Positions 36,466-50,361 of a stretch of 64,000 bases of DNA are shown here, in pieces. The stretch lies in NCBI GenBank assembly GCA_964106915.2, contig OZ066916.1. One strand, written 5' to 3'. Source of the stretch: Podarcis gaigeae. Lineage: Eukaryota. A model generated the notes under the pieces. That model was not told where the DNA came from. It searched no databases and saw only the letters and a list, made by a program, of their open reading frames with translations. Position 1 is the stretch's first letter, and the number at the start of each line of letters is the position of its first letter. A program made the position numbers and the translations under genes.

Positions 36466-39400
36466 TCTGGTCATCTGCAAGGGATCCCCACACGGCGGGT
36501 TAAGAGATCGCCCCATAAAGGTCAACCAAATCTGGAGACTGCAAGAGAACAATGAAGAGGAAAGTGGAGGATTTGAAGAAGACAGCAAATTATATAGAAG
36601 CCAGGAAGAAAAGCTAGGAGAATGGGTAGCAGAAAACTGAGAATCCAAAGCCCGTTTGGATACAAGTGTTTTCTACCACAGAGGAATGCCCATCAGGTGG
36701 GCAGGGGCAAATGACATGGAGCATTGATTTTGCTAGGAAGAGACACAAACACTCCCTACTTTTGCCATAGGTTGTTCCACATGAAATTAATATTCCAGTG
36801 GATTTAATATTCAAGTGCATGTTTCATTTTTTTTGGAGGGGGGGAGTTACCATTGGAGAAAAAGAATCCAGAAGTGCAAGAAAAGCACCATAATGGGAGG
36901 GTAAAAGGGCTGGTATGAAATTAAAAGGATAGCTTGAAGAAGGAAGGGGTGGCAGAATGTGTATTACAAAATAGCCATAATAGCGGCTATGTTTTACCTC
37001 CATTGTCGGAGATGGTATGTCTCTGTAGCAATTGTTGGGAATCAGAAGTTGAGAGACTACTGTTGCACTCAGGTACTGAATGTGGGCATCCCATAGGCAC
37101 CTGATTGGCCACTGTGAGAACAGATTGCTGGACCAGGTGGGCCTTTGGTCTGATTGACAAGGGATTTTCTTATGACTTTGAACTGGTTCCACAGCCATTC
37201 CTTCTCTCCAAGACACTGGAGGTGTGCGAGTGATTTCCCCCCCCAGCAGATTCTCAGCACCCTCTTCAAATTATGATCTATTCATGACAGCTAAACTGGA
37301 ATAAAGTGATGTGAATTTTAGTGTCAATATGGCTGATGGGACATTTTGTCCCCAAAAATGATTCCTGGGTTGCTTGCCTTATGAGGGAAGTTTTGATCAG
37401 AATGGGCCAACTTCTGTACATGTCCATGGATTTCCAGAATCATGGCTTCTTGTTATGCATTTCCAGAGGCATGGCTGTGTTAGTCTTGAAATTGCCCCTA
37501 ATCTCCATGCCAGAGCATGTGTTTGCATGCGCAAGGTGCGCAACACTGGCATTGCTGTCTAAAGGATGCCCGGTATCAAGAAAGGCCTCCATCTGTAAGA
37601 CTTAGAGAGCCACTGCCAGTGAAAATAGTGAATAATGGCCTAGGCTAGATGGATTCAGGGAGTAATTCGGGCACTAGGTTCATTCATATACCACTTTTTA
37701 AGATGTGTTCATTTACCTATACATACACCTGTCATTCTCTTATGAGCTAAAATGTTGCAGACCACATGGACTAGAGAAGTAGGTACGGGGAAGAGTAAAC
37801 ATAGCAGAAGTAGCAACGTCATAAACCACAACTACACCTTTCATTGTGGTATCATAATAGAGTGGGCCAGATTCAACAAATGAGTCCCACTAGCAGAAGC
37901 CTGAACAGGGACTTCTGCTAGCACAGTGGAGCTTCCTTGTTCCTCCTGCAGCCCCCGCCCACACCTTAGGCTCTGGGAGGTGGTACTTTCACTAATCATA
38001 GGCAACCATTTCTAGTTCACATGCAATGGAAATCAATGCCCTTCACTTACTATGACATTGTATGTGAAATGTTAGGCAGGCTAGTCTTGTTTCTTTATTA
38101 TTAAATATCGTTGTTGTTGCGCACGAGCTCTACGCAAGCAGGGGCTCCCTCGTTCTATGACATGGTAGTGGCATTGTACATGAAGCTCTCCCAACATTGA
38201 AGAGCTGCATGTCTCAAAAACCTGGAGCAGTGTGAGATGGACCAGATGCTGATAATTTTGAAAGTTATGCCAACCAGCTTGGTGGCCGCACTAGGTTACC
38301 ATGTTGTTTGCCCAGGAAAGGCCATAGCTTAGTGGTAGGGCATCTGCCTCTCAAGCAGAAGGTCCCAGGTTCAATCCCAGGCATCTCCAGGTGAAGTGCA
38401 GAATGTCCCCCACCTGAAATCCCAGAAAGCTTCTGCCAGTCAGTATAGACAGCACTGACCTAGATGGACCAATGGTCCGACTTGGTATAAAACAGCTTCC
38501 CACATTCCTAGTGGAGTTCAATCCTCAGCCAATGGACAACTGAGCGGTGATGTATTAAGGGTCCTCTCCACTTGGATGCGTAACATGAGACCAACCCATG
38601 CAAAAGCATGGGGGTACGGGGGCCGGCGGGAGGGGGAAATATAGTATTTCCTCAGTTACTTAAAACAAGTGATGTATTTTGAAGAGGCGTTGGACAAAAT
38701 AAGGCAACAAAAATGCTACTGAATGAGAACAATGTGACAATTTCTTACAAATCAAAAAGGCAAATGAGAAATAAGCCATTCTGTTACACTAGGAAGAGCA
38801 AGAGACGGTATCACAGAGGTATGTGTTTTTAATAAAGCAAATAGATGCTGCAACATGCAGTATTCGTAAAACTTGACAACATATACAGACCTCTCAGGAG
38901 GAAAAATATATATATATGTAATCAGAACCAGAGTCCAGATATTTAAAGACAATGTATACACAACGTTTTGATAAAACCTATCCATTGTACAGAATATATA
39001 AAAAGAAGAGCAGCTCCCATCCCGGCTTTCGTTCCAACCGGACAAAATGTGAGAAAAGAGGTTGTTTCCCAAGTGGTTGGGCCAAGCTGGGCCTGCTTTT
39101 GGGGGTGCACAGCACAGACATCCCCTATGCGCCCCCAGAGTGCAGGCAGGCGCGCCCACAAGCAGCTTCTGCATTTGCTACGGCCCCGGGTGGCACAACA
39201 GAGATGTTTCCAGTTCACCTGTCACGTTGGGTTTTGAGTTTATTTTAAGGTGGGCGAGGGAGGGGCTCACAGGGAGGGAGTTGCATATTGTTTCCGTTTC
39301 TGAGCTTGTCTGTGATTGTACGCAATGGTGCAGGAAGTGGGGGCTGAGGGGGAGGGCTGGCTGAGAGTCCCTTTTCACAGACGGATATGAATGAATTGGA

Positions 39401-39744
39401 TGTTGTGGCCAATCAGTTCATCTTCCATTCTTAAGAGGGGAAATGGGGGGGGGGGAGGGGACATCCATATGGAAAAGAAAGGTCCCCTCCGCTGAAAAAA
39501 ATAAAATAAAGCAAGATCTTTGCTCTTAATACAAGACACTGTTCCCAGGGGCAAAGCATTTTATTGTGATATAAATAGGGAGCTTTCTGGGTCTTTAGGC
39601 TACTAATACGTACATCAAAATGCCCCCATGAAGAAAACCTCGTGGTCTTCTCTTAAAAGCTGCTTCTCTCGCTGAGGGAAATTTACAGAGTGTGTCAAAT
39701 GAGGACACGCAAAGCTTATGGAATGTACTTTAAGCAGTTTTTTT

Positions 39745-39765
39745 TTTATTTTTTTATTATTTATT
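39745..39765 (-). terminator. Clustered AATAAA poly(A) signals of BCL11A-XL
   Basis: TTTATT on + at 39745-50, 39753-58 and 39760-65, about 20-40 nt before the inferred 3' end. Confidence 0.75.
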
Positions 39766-40714
39766 TTTCAATTAAGGGACAAAATGGGTGAATGAACAGG
39801 GTAATGCAGACAACTGCCCGATTTATAAAAATAAAAAAATAAAAAATAAAACCCCAAAAACACAGACAGTGGTTTTCCCAATAGAACTTAACAAAGACTA
39901 GAACAAAAACCAAAAGAAAAAATACAATAAAGAGCCAGGTTGCCAATGACCTTTGGTCATCTAAATAATAATAATAAAAAAACAATTTTAAAAAAAACAA
40001 AGATCAAATCCAACGCCTCTGTTCTGAACAGAGCGTGTAAGCAATAATAAATAGTGACTTCCATAGTAAAAGATAAAATTTCAAGTTACGACAAACAGCT
40101 TTCATTACAGGAATAGAAAAGGCCCATAATAACAAAATATTTTGCATTGCCATATACAAAAAAGGTTTCGTATCCAGAGGGGCTCCTCTCTCTCTCTCGC
40201 TCTCTCTGTCTCTCTCGCTCTCTCTGTCTCTCTCTTTTTTTTTTATATGCTTTGCATATGAAATCCTTTCCGATCTAAATATATAAAGCACCATTTAATT
40301 TTTTTTTCTTTTTGGCAATGGAAAAAAAAAACCTGCGAAACTTTTTAATTTTTTTTCTTCCTTTCGTTCTAGTTTTTTTTAATTTTTTTTTCTCCTTTTA
40401 CTGCATATGAAGATTTTTATTTTTAAAGATGCTGGAATGTAAAGGGGTAAGAGAAGAAGAAAAAAGGGGACGAAAGAGCACACTACGGAACAAACCAACA
40501 TCATCACCTTGCATTACTGCATACAATATGGCAGCGGAAAGAAAAGTAACCCCCCTTTGATATGTACAACCATCAGCAATGCTCATTAAGTGCGACATTC
40601 AAACAGATTCTTTCTCTCTCTTTTTTTCCTCCCCACGCTCCCTCCCCCCAAAAACAGCCATTATATGGCCTCTTATCTGTACAATGTCACACTTTTTCTT
40701 CTAAAAAAAAAATG

Positions 40715-40842
40715 NNNNNNNNNNNNNNNNNNNNNNNNNNNNNNNNNNNNNNNNNNNNNNNNNNNNNNNNNNNNNNNNNNNNNNNNNNNNNNNNNNNNNN
40801 NNNNNNNNNNNNNNNNNNNNNNNNNNNNNNNNNNNNNNNNNN
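40715..40842. other. N-run (128 nt) in 3'UTR
   Basis: Direct reading. Confidence 0.99.
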
Positions 40843-43603
40843 AAAGGTACAATGATACCTTTTCTTTCTTTTCTTTTTTTTTAAAGAGAAACAAGCAACA
40901 GTTAAAAATACAAGCTTCATTATAAATACTATAGTGCCTACTCTAGGTGAACATTAAATTCAAATACCATTCTAGAAATTACAGAAAAAAGAGACCATAA
41001 ATGTGTTTTTCTTCTTGTTTGTTTGTTTGTTTTCTCTTCTTCTTAGCATAGGAACCAACAGGAGTGTGCATTTTCCTATATTTTAAGTACTATATATTCT
41101 TAACCCTTTCCCCAATGTATTTATTTTACAACCTGAAGAGTTGTGTATATAACCAAGGCATAGGATTTTCCACTACTGGTTTTCAATGAAGAGCAAGTCT
41201 TGTACACCACCAAGACAATGAACCCTAAAATACAAGTTTGTTTTTTTCTCCCCTAAACAAAATGAAGTGTTTTTGTTAAAAAAAAAATCATAACATTTAT
41301 ATTTAAAAAAGTTTTGTACAAAAAAAACCAAACCCATCCTTGCACTGTAGGAGTGAGAGAAATCATTCGATATTTTTTATATAATTGTACGACCTGTTCC
41401 CATTCACAGCGCCGTAACGTTGAGTCCCAGTCATTAAGTCAAGTAAAACGGCAAGCTGGCAGAGTTTCTTATATGCTCATCATGAGATTATGCTCATATA
41501 TATTTTTTAATTTTTTTTCCATTAATCTTGCAATTTTTCCCTTAAAAGTATAGAGACCTGTAAACTGGGAAAATTGTACAGTGCATTTAAATTGTCCTAT
41601 CTGAGCAGTCTTAAAAGGTTTTTTTTTTATACTCAACCTGTGTACCTCTGATTAAAGGGAAAAGAGACATACACAACAGGCAGAGTCAAGTGCTATGTGA
41701 ACATCCAAAGGGGCAGATCCTAGCTTAATCATAAAAACAATGAATCCTTTTCCCATGTCAACACAACGAGCACATAGCATATGGTAAAAAGAAACAAAAT
41801 GAAGTACAACTTTTAGGGAGCACAGACATACTCTCTGCTACTCTTTTTTAAATTATCTTTCTCTCTTCTTTTTCAGAATGTCACACTTCAAGGCAAATCT
41901 TAATAGTTCATAGTTAATCATCATATCAATATTAGCTTATAACCTGTTTCTTAGTTTTAAATGGCAAGCAGTACCACATTGTGCTAATAAATCACTGTAT
42001 GTGTTATTTTTGCTATGCGTTACACTCAGTAAAATATTATTGCCGGACTGTTTTATATGTCTTTCCCCTATATAGAGAGAGAGATCAATAGATTGATATG
42101 CGGTAGGTATGCAAGGTTGTACGTTTCTAATTTGATTGCCAAGTTGACAACCAACTTAATTCGGATATTTACTTATTTTCATTCTTCTTCCTTTTAGGTT
42201 TTGTGTCCTTTTGTGTGCCAGAATCACTAAAAGATATTGGTAAAATCTTTAAAACATGAATTTTCTTCCTAGTGTATTTAATCATCTTTCAAAGCCTTCT
42301 GCACTTTTCACATTCATTTTCTTCTTATTTTTTAATCATCAGAATAATGATCAGAATCTCAAAATTCTGGGCAAAGAGGCGGGGCAAAGAGAGGGAGACA
42401 GGGTACTGGTTGGGTAACAGGATGAGAGAAAAATCATCTGCAATGGTCCCGGGATGTTTTCAACACTCTGGAGGGGAATCAATTTGGGTTGTATTCAACT
42501 AAGTTATACTCAGAGTAAATCCTCTGAAATCAATGCACTTAAATTAGTCTTCTCCATTCTTTTCAACGGAGCTACTCTTAAGTAGGACTAAGACTGGCTA
42601 CAACCTTTGAATTAGGTGACTTTGGGCGGAGGTTAGTTGGAACAGGAGTGCATGGGTAGGATCGAATGATGATTAACTAGGACGTATTGGGTTTCCTTTC
42701 TTAATTATTTGATTTAGGTAGCCACTGTTGTGAGAAATACAATATAGAGTTATCGGCTAGGTCCTAAAGGACTCGTTTACATTGCCCAGTGCGAAAGTTG
42801 AGCTACAAGTTTAGAACAAGTAGGGTTGCCACCAACATGGCTTAAATAGATTCAAGGCACTCGGATTTCCATTTCTTAAACCAAATGATAGTACAAATTT
42901 ACCTTTTTTTCTTTTATGTCCTTATTTTTCAATTAAAGGCCTACTTTTTTCCCTTCCCTCCCCCACCACAAAAACAACTGATACGTTAACATCCTTTTAA
43001 AGACAGAAATTGAGATAACACCGTGGAATACCCTTTTCCCTTTTCAGTGTTATCCATCTGTCCAGAGAGGGTTAATTCAAAGAACATTGCCCCTATACAT
43101 TTCAAAACAAAACTGTACATGATATGTGTCACAGAATGCACGTAGCATGGTTGGTTCTGTTAAAAAATGTTTTCGTTATTCTGATTTTCCTTCCCCCTCT
43201 CTTTTTCCTGGAACATTACAGGAAATGGGTACATAGCTGTCTGAGTTAGTATTTGGGTGGGTGGGTGGGTATTATCATTTTGTTTGCTCAGCAACCAATC
43301 AGGGGACAATTTTTTTAAAAAAACAGCCATAACATACCATACATGCTGTCTAATTTTTTTCAAAAAAATTAACAAACATACACAACATGTAAATTATTGC
43401 ACAAGAGAAAGGCTCAATGTTTGCGTAGTATTGCCCCCAATACAGATCATGCATTCAAATGGTGAAAACAGAAACGAAAAGAGGAAAAAATGAAAAAAAT
43501 AAAAAATGAAAATGAAAACAGGTGTGCTGGTGACTAGCACTTTCTTAATATCATCCTTAGCTTCCATTATTTTACTCACAAGGGACTAGAAAATCTCTAC
43601 ACC

Positions 43604-43647
43604 GGGGTGGGGTGGGGGTGGGGGTGGGGGTGGGGGTGGGGGTGGGG
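43604..43647. repeat. (GGGGTG)n-type G-tract repeat
   Basis: About 7 units of G4-5 separated by single T. Confidence 0.9.
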
Positions 43648-43693
43648 AGTTGGTTGGGGAAAGGGAGGAGAAGGGGGACATGTTAATATACCT

Positions 43694-45736
<2,043 letters not shown>

Positions 45737-48670
45737 TTAATAACCAAATAGCTTCCTTAAGAACGTCTGACAAGACCTGCTGCTGGACCAGACCCAAGAT
45801 CTTTCTAGTCTCCCATCCTGCTTCCCACCATGGCCAATTAGATGCTTCCTGGAAACCCACAAGCTGGGCTTAGAGGCAATAGCCAACTCCAACTGTTGAT
45901 AATCCCCAGGAACTGGCACTCAGTGACAAACTACCTCTGGACATGAAGGTCCCACTTAGCCATCAAGATAGACCTCTCAACTCTGGGATTGTGTCTGATC
46001 CTTTTCTAAAGCCACCCCCAATCATCTGTCAACCAATTTCATTTGATGACCCCCCCCCCAGTTCTAATATTTCATATTTCTACATCATGAATAATTTTAT
46101 AAACCTCTGCTTTATATGCCTGGTATTTGTCGACTCTTTTTACTCTTTCTTGAAAGTCATTCCTTTCCTCAGAAATAAACTTCAGCAATAAGCGCAAACA
46201 CTTTAACACATAAGCAGATACACTCCACATATAGCTAAGGCCTTTATACCAATGCACATTGTGGCCATAATCCTAAGCATAGTTTACTTAAGAGTAAGAC
46301 CCATTGAGCTCAGTGGGGCATACTGCTATGTAGATATGCACTGCTATAATTGTAATCTAAAGCCAGAAGTATCAAGTCTCTGGATCTGGAGTAGTTCTGC
46401 TATGGTCTCATGGGATTAATCTGATCCATTATTGGAGGATCATAGGATACTGTGATCCTAACAGTATTTAACCTATGGGCATTGAATAACATCAAATTTA
46501 GGTACCTCCACTAATTTTTAATGAGATTATTTAAATATACATTTTCTGGTTTACTTCCAAGGAAGTATTTTAGTGCACATGGTTATGGTCTAGTGTTGCA
46601 ATCCTAACCGTACTTATTTCCAAGTAAGTCCTGCTTAAATAAATTATGACAATACATGCCAAAGATAAGGGTGCATATCTCATAGGATCAGAGCCTAAGC
46701 CAATTAATTATATGCCAGTCCTCATTTGGAAGCATGTGATTTTTGTTTTTTGTTTTTTTAAAAACTTATTCTGTAAAAAACCTTGTTTCAAGCTGTCAGC
46801 TGAGAAAATGAAGCCTGAAATATATGATATAGCACAGCCTTTCTTTCTCCAACTGGCTTATGGGTCACCCAAACAAATCTAGATAACCAGATGGCTGGAT
46901 AGCTAGATAAACATGGATTTGGATAACTTGGATCCAACATCTGGCTAAGAAACTAGCTGAATATCCAAATTTAGAGGGGCTAAATAGAAGAAACCTACAG
47001 GAGCCATCTTGCTTTTCTTTAAAATGCTTAACACTGTAAATGTCATTTTGAAATGCAGCTATATATCTGAAATTTGATATATCTATCTACTGTATAAGTA
47101 ACAATTTATTTTAACCAGTATCACATGGTCCTGCTTCCTGCTATACTGATAACAACCATGTGACTGGCCCGTGGTCGGCCAATAAGCAGGCGTGCCTACT
47201 ATTGGGGGCCGAGACCCTTGATCCCCTCAATATTTGTTTTAGGAGGGGTGGGCCCCCTCAATTTTCAGGCAGCCCTATGCGCATGTGATGTCGTACACCG
47301 CAGGTCCAGTGGCCATCTCCTCCAGAGCACTCGGCCTTCCACAATGCGCATGACATCGCACACGCGCAACAGCACTGCGCCCTCCCAATCTTGGGGGCAA
47401 CCTCACATCTCTGGCTGTAGGATCTCAACTTTGCCCTACCCAGTATTAAGTCTACTCTGCTAGCCCACATTGAATCCCTTGGTGTACTGTCATTTAAATA
47501 TCACCTGGCAGAGCTGGCCCAATACATTTAGCAGCCTGAGGCAAGGACGAGATGGTCCTCCCACCTTGCTTTCTGGACTTGCAGTTAACTCTTACTTCAG
47601 CACTGGTGATTGGTCAGCATCCTCCACCACACCTGAGGGCAACACGCTAACATAGGGGGTAGAGGATATCCAATGCCTCACCTCTGTTGCCTGAGGCTGC
47701 TACCTCACTCTGCCAATGGTAGGACTGGCCTGCCAACTAGCGAGTGCTACAACTGGAACTGGGAGGGTGGAAGGTGGTGGTTGTTGTTGTTTGCCATCTA
47801 CTTGTTGAGTCTAGTCCCTTAACAGAAAAGGGCAGTGATGCTTATCCTCTTTAGTTTTCCCTTGCAAATAGTCAGGTAGCCTGGACAATCACCAACAACG
47901 GTTCTTTGTACCCCCTTGGTAGTTGCCCCCTTGGGAATCCCTGGTGCTGTCATTCCCAAGAGCAACTCCACATTTTACACTGCAATTCTGCTACACCTGC
48001 AGCAGACATATATCCATAAATAGCTTGTACAAATATGTTGAGAGCCCTGATGCACGGACACAGAGATGCTTAAGGGCGCCTGCCTGAAGTTCACAGCATT
48101 TATGTGCTCACTGAAGGAAATACTGCTTCTCCCATTAGGAACAGGACTGTCACATTCAGTGCAGTTCTGCCAGGCCAGAGATGAGGAAACCACGAGCCTC
48201 CAGAAATGGTTAAGACTTTAACCCCCATCAACACCAGTCAGTCTTGCCAATGGTTGGGCATGATGGGAAATGCAGTCCAACAAAATGGCGAAGGACTGTG
48301 GTTTGATGGGAGAGGATGTCAAGGTCCCAAGTTCAATCCCCAGGATCCTTACATAAAGGTTCTTTGGAAGCAAGGAAATACCTCTCTATCTATGAGGTTT
48401 TGGGATGGGTGTTGCTGAAGCTAAATGGACCAACTGCCTGACCAGTATAAGGCAGCATCATATGAACTGGAGAGAAAAAAATAAACTGTAAAAGGGATAG
48501 ATCCTTATTGTTCTCTTTCAGTGGTCCGTTTCCACCAAAAACAATGGGGGGCATTGAGAGGACAGCAAAAATTAGCATAAATAAATATCTTGGCAGCTAA
48601 TTGTGACATTAACAAACCATTTTGAAAATGCGGAAACTGCCGAGCTCTTCCTGGGAATGCATGGGGGGGG

Positions 48671-48711
<41 letters not shown>

Positions 48712-49221
48712 GTATTTCTATATACTGTACTAGTCTTTGAACAAGCAAGGCTTACAATGGTATTTGACTGTGTGCTGATCTTCTAGGCTGACCTGTGATT
48801 TACTTTACGGCGGTGTTTATAATCTCACTCAATATAACCCACTTGTGGGCAAATCTTTTTTACAAGATTAGACAGTAGATGCCAAAATTAGGTTTCCAAA
48901 CATATGCCTAATGTACGTGCGGGTAGAGAGGAGGGAGGGAAGTATGAAGTGGATGGGTTTTGAAAGAAAAACGCTGAAGTCCCCCTATCAAGTGATCTTC
49001 ATTGTTCTTGTTTTCCTCCTCACTTCAAAGAAGGAGAAGAAAAAGCTTTATAAGGGGGATTTTCATTATACAATGTGTTGAATAAATGACTTTGGAAAAT
49101 GACAGGCAGGCAGCTTTACAGTTATGTCTACTACGACTCACACAGAGCCCCCCCCCCACCTGCTCGTAGCTTCAGGTTTCTCTATTATTATACATTTAGT
49201 CTGACAATCTGAATTGGGTGA

Positions 49222-49225
<4 letters not shown>

Positions 49226-49263
<38 letters not shown>
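49226..49263. repeat. (AG)n microsatellite
   Basis: Direct reading. Confidence 0.95.
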
Positions 49264-49266
<3 letters not shown>

Positions 49267-50221
49267 TGGAGGGAGGAAGAAAAAGAGAGATTCAGCCATC
49301 TCTGGCAGGTGTTTAACATTTTGGTTGCTTTAAAGGAACCCCTTTGGAATAATATTTAACATTTCATTCTTCTGCCAATGCCAGCTTTTTAATGAACCTT
49401 ACTGTGATGTTTAGCGCAGGGCGCTGAAGATGGCAGCAGATAAATACGTAAATCTTCTGGAAAGAGGAAAACTCAATTGGGCATGCAGATTTCGGAACGC
49501 TTGTTTGTGGGCTTTGGGTGAGGGTCCAGAGAGAACAAAGTGGGGTGGAGAAGGCAACAGGGAAGTCAAAGCAGTTGGCAATGTGGATAGTTCTCATTTC
49601 ATTTTGCTGTTATAAACTAGAAGCTTTTTATAAAAACTGCAGCAAGTGATGCTATCACCCTCTGGTCTGCTTAACAATGCAACACACCCCTGCTTTGCTA
49701 GTTTATGTATTAGGTCAGTGGAAATAGCACTGTATCTTATAATGAGGATACAACATAACAGTTTTTGTAATTGCATTTTAGCATTCCCATCAACTAGATA
49801 TTCTGGATCAGAAGGGCAGCTGGTATAATCATAATGTCAATGAGAAAGGCTGTTACGGCAGAGAGTAAAAATTACATGGAGGGGGAGCAGCTTTGAAACT
49901 GGTAATTATTACCAGTCCACTAATAGCAAATGATGCATTGCAGTTTCACCATATAATCTGTATTTCATTCAGCTTCTTGTTGGGGCAGCAGATTATATTA
50001 CAGCGCTCACAATGCCAAAATTTCTAACCTACAGTCATCAATAAAAGCCTTACGTCCCATAATTTGGTAAATGACTTTCTTCATAACATCTTCAACTGTT
50101 GTAAAGGCTAGTATCGATTTCTTACATGGGGGGGGGGGGAAGGCTTCATTTATTTACTGGAGTATAAAATGTAATATTTTTCTTCATTTGCTCAGATGAA
50201 AAACAAGTTTCCACTTTTACC

Positions 50222-50361
50222 NNNNNNNNNNNNNNNNNNNNNNNNNNNNNNNNNNNNNNNNNNNNNNNNNNNNNNNNNNNNNNNNNNNNNNNNNNNNNNN
50301 NNNNNNNNNNNNNNNNNNNNNNNNNNNNNNNNNNNNNNNNNNNNNNNNNNNNNNNNNNNNN
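50222..50361. other. N-run (140 nt) in intron
   Basis: Direct reading. Confidence 0.99.

Larger units (their letters stand above)
39724..43693 (-). other. BCL11A: BCL11A-XL 3'UTR (~4 kb)
   Basis: Follows the stop codon, with no recognisable TE and AT-rich composition. The distal end (...gcagttgtctgcattaccctgttcattcacccattttgtccc...ttaaagtac) resembles the end of human XL mRNA as recalled. Confidence 0.85.
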
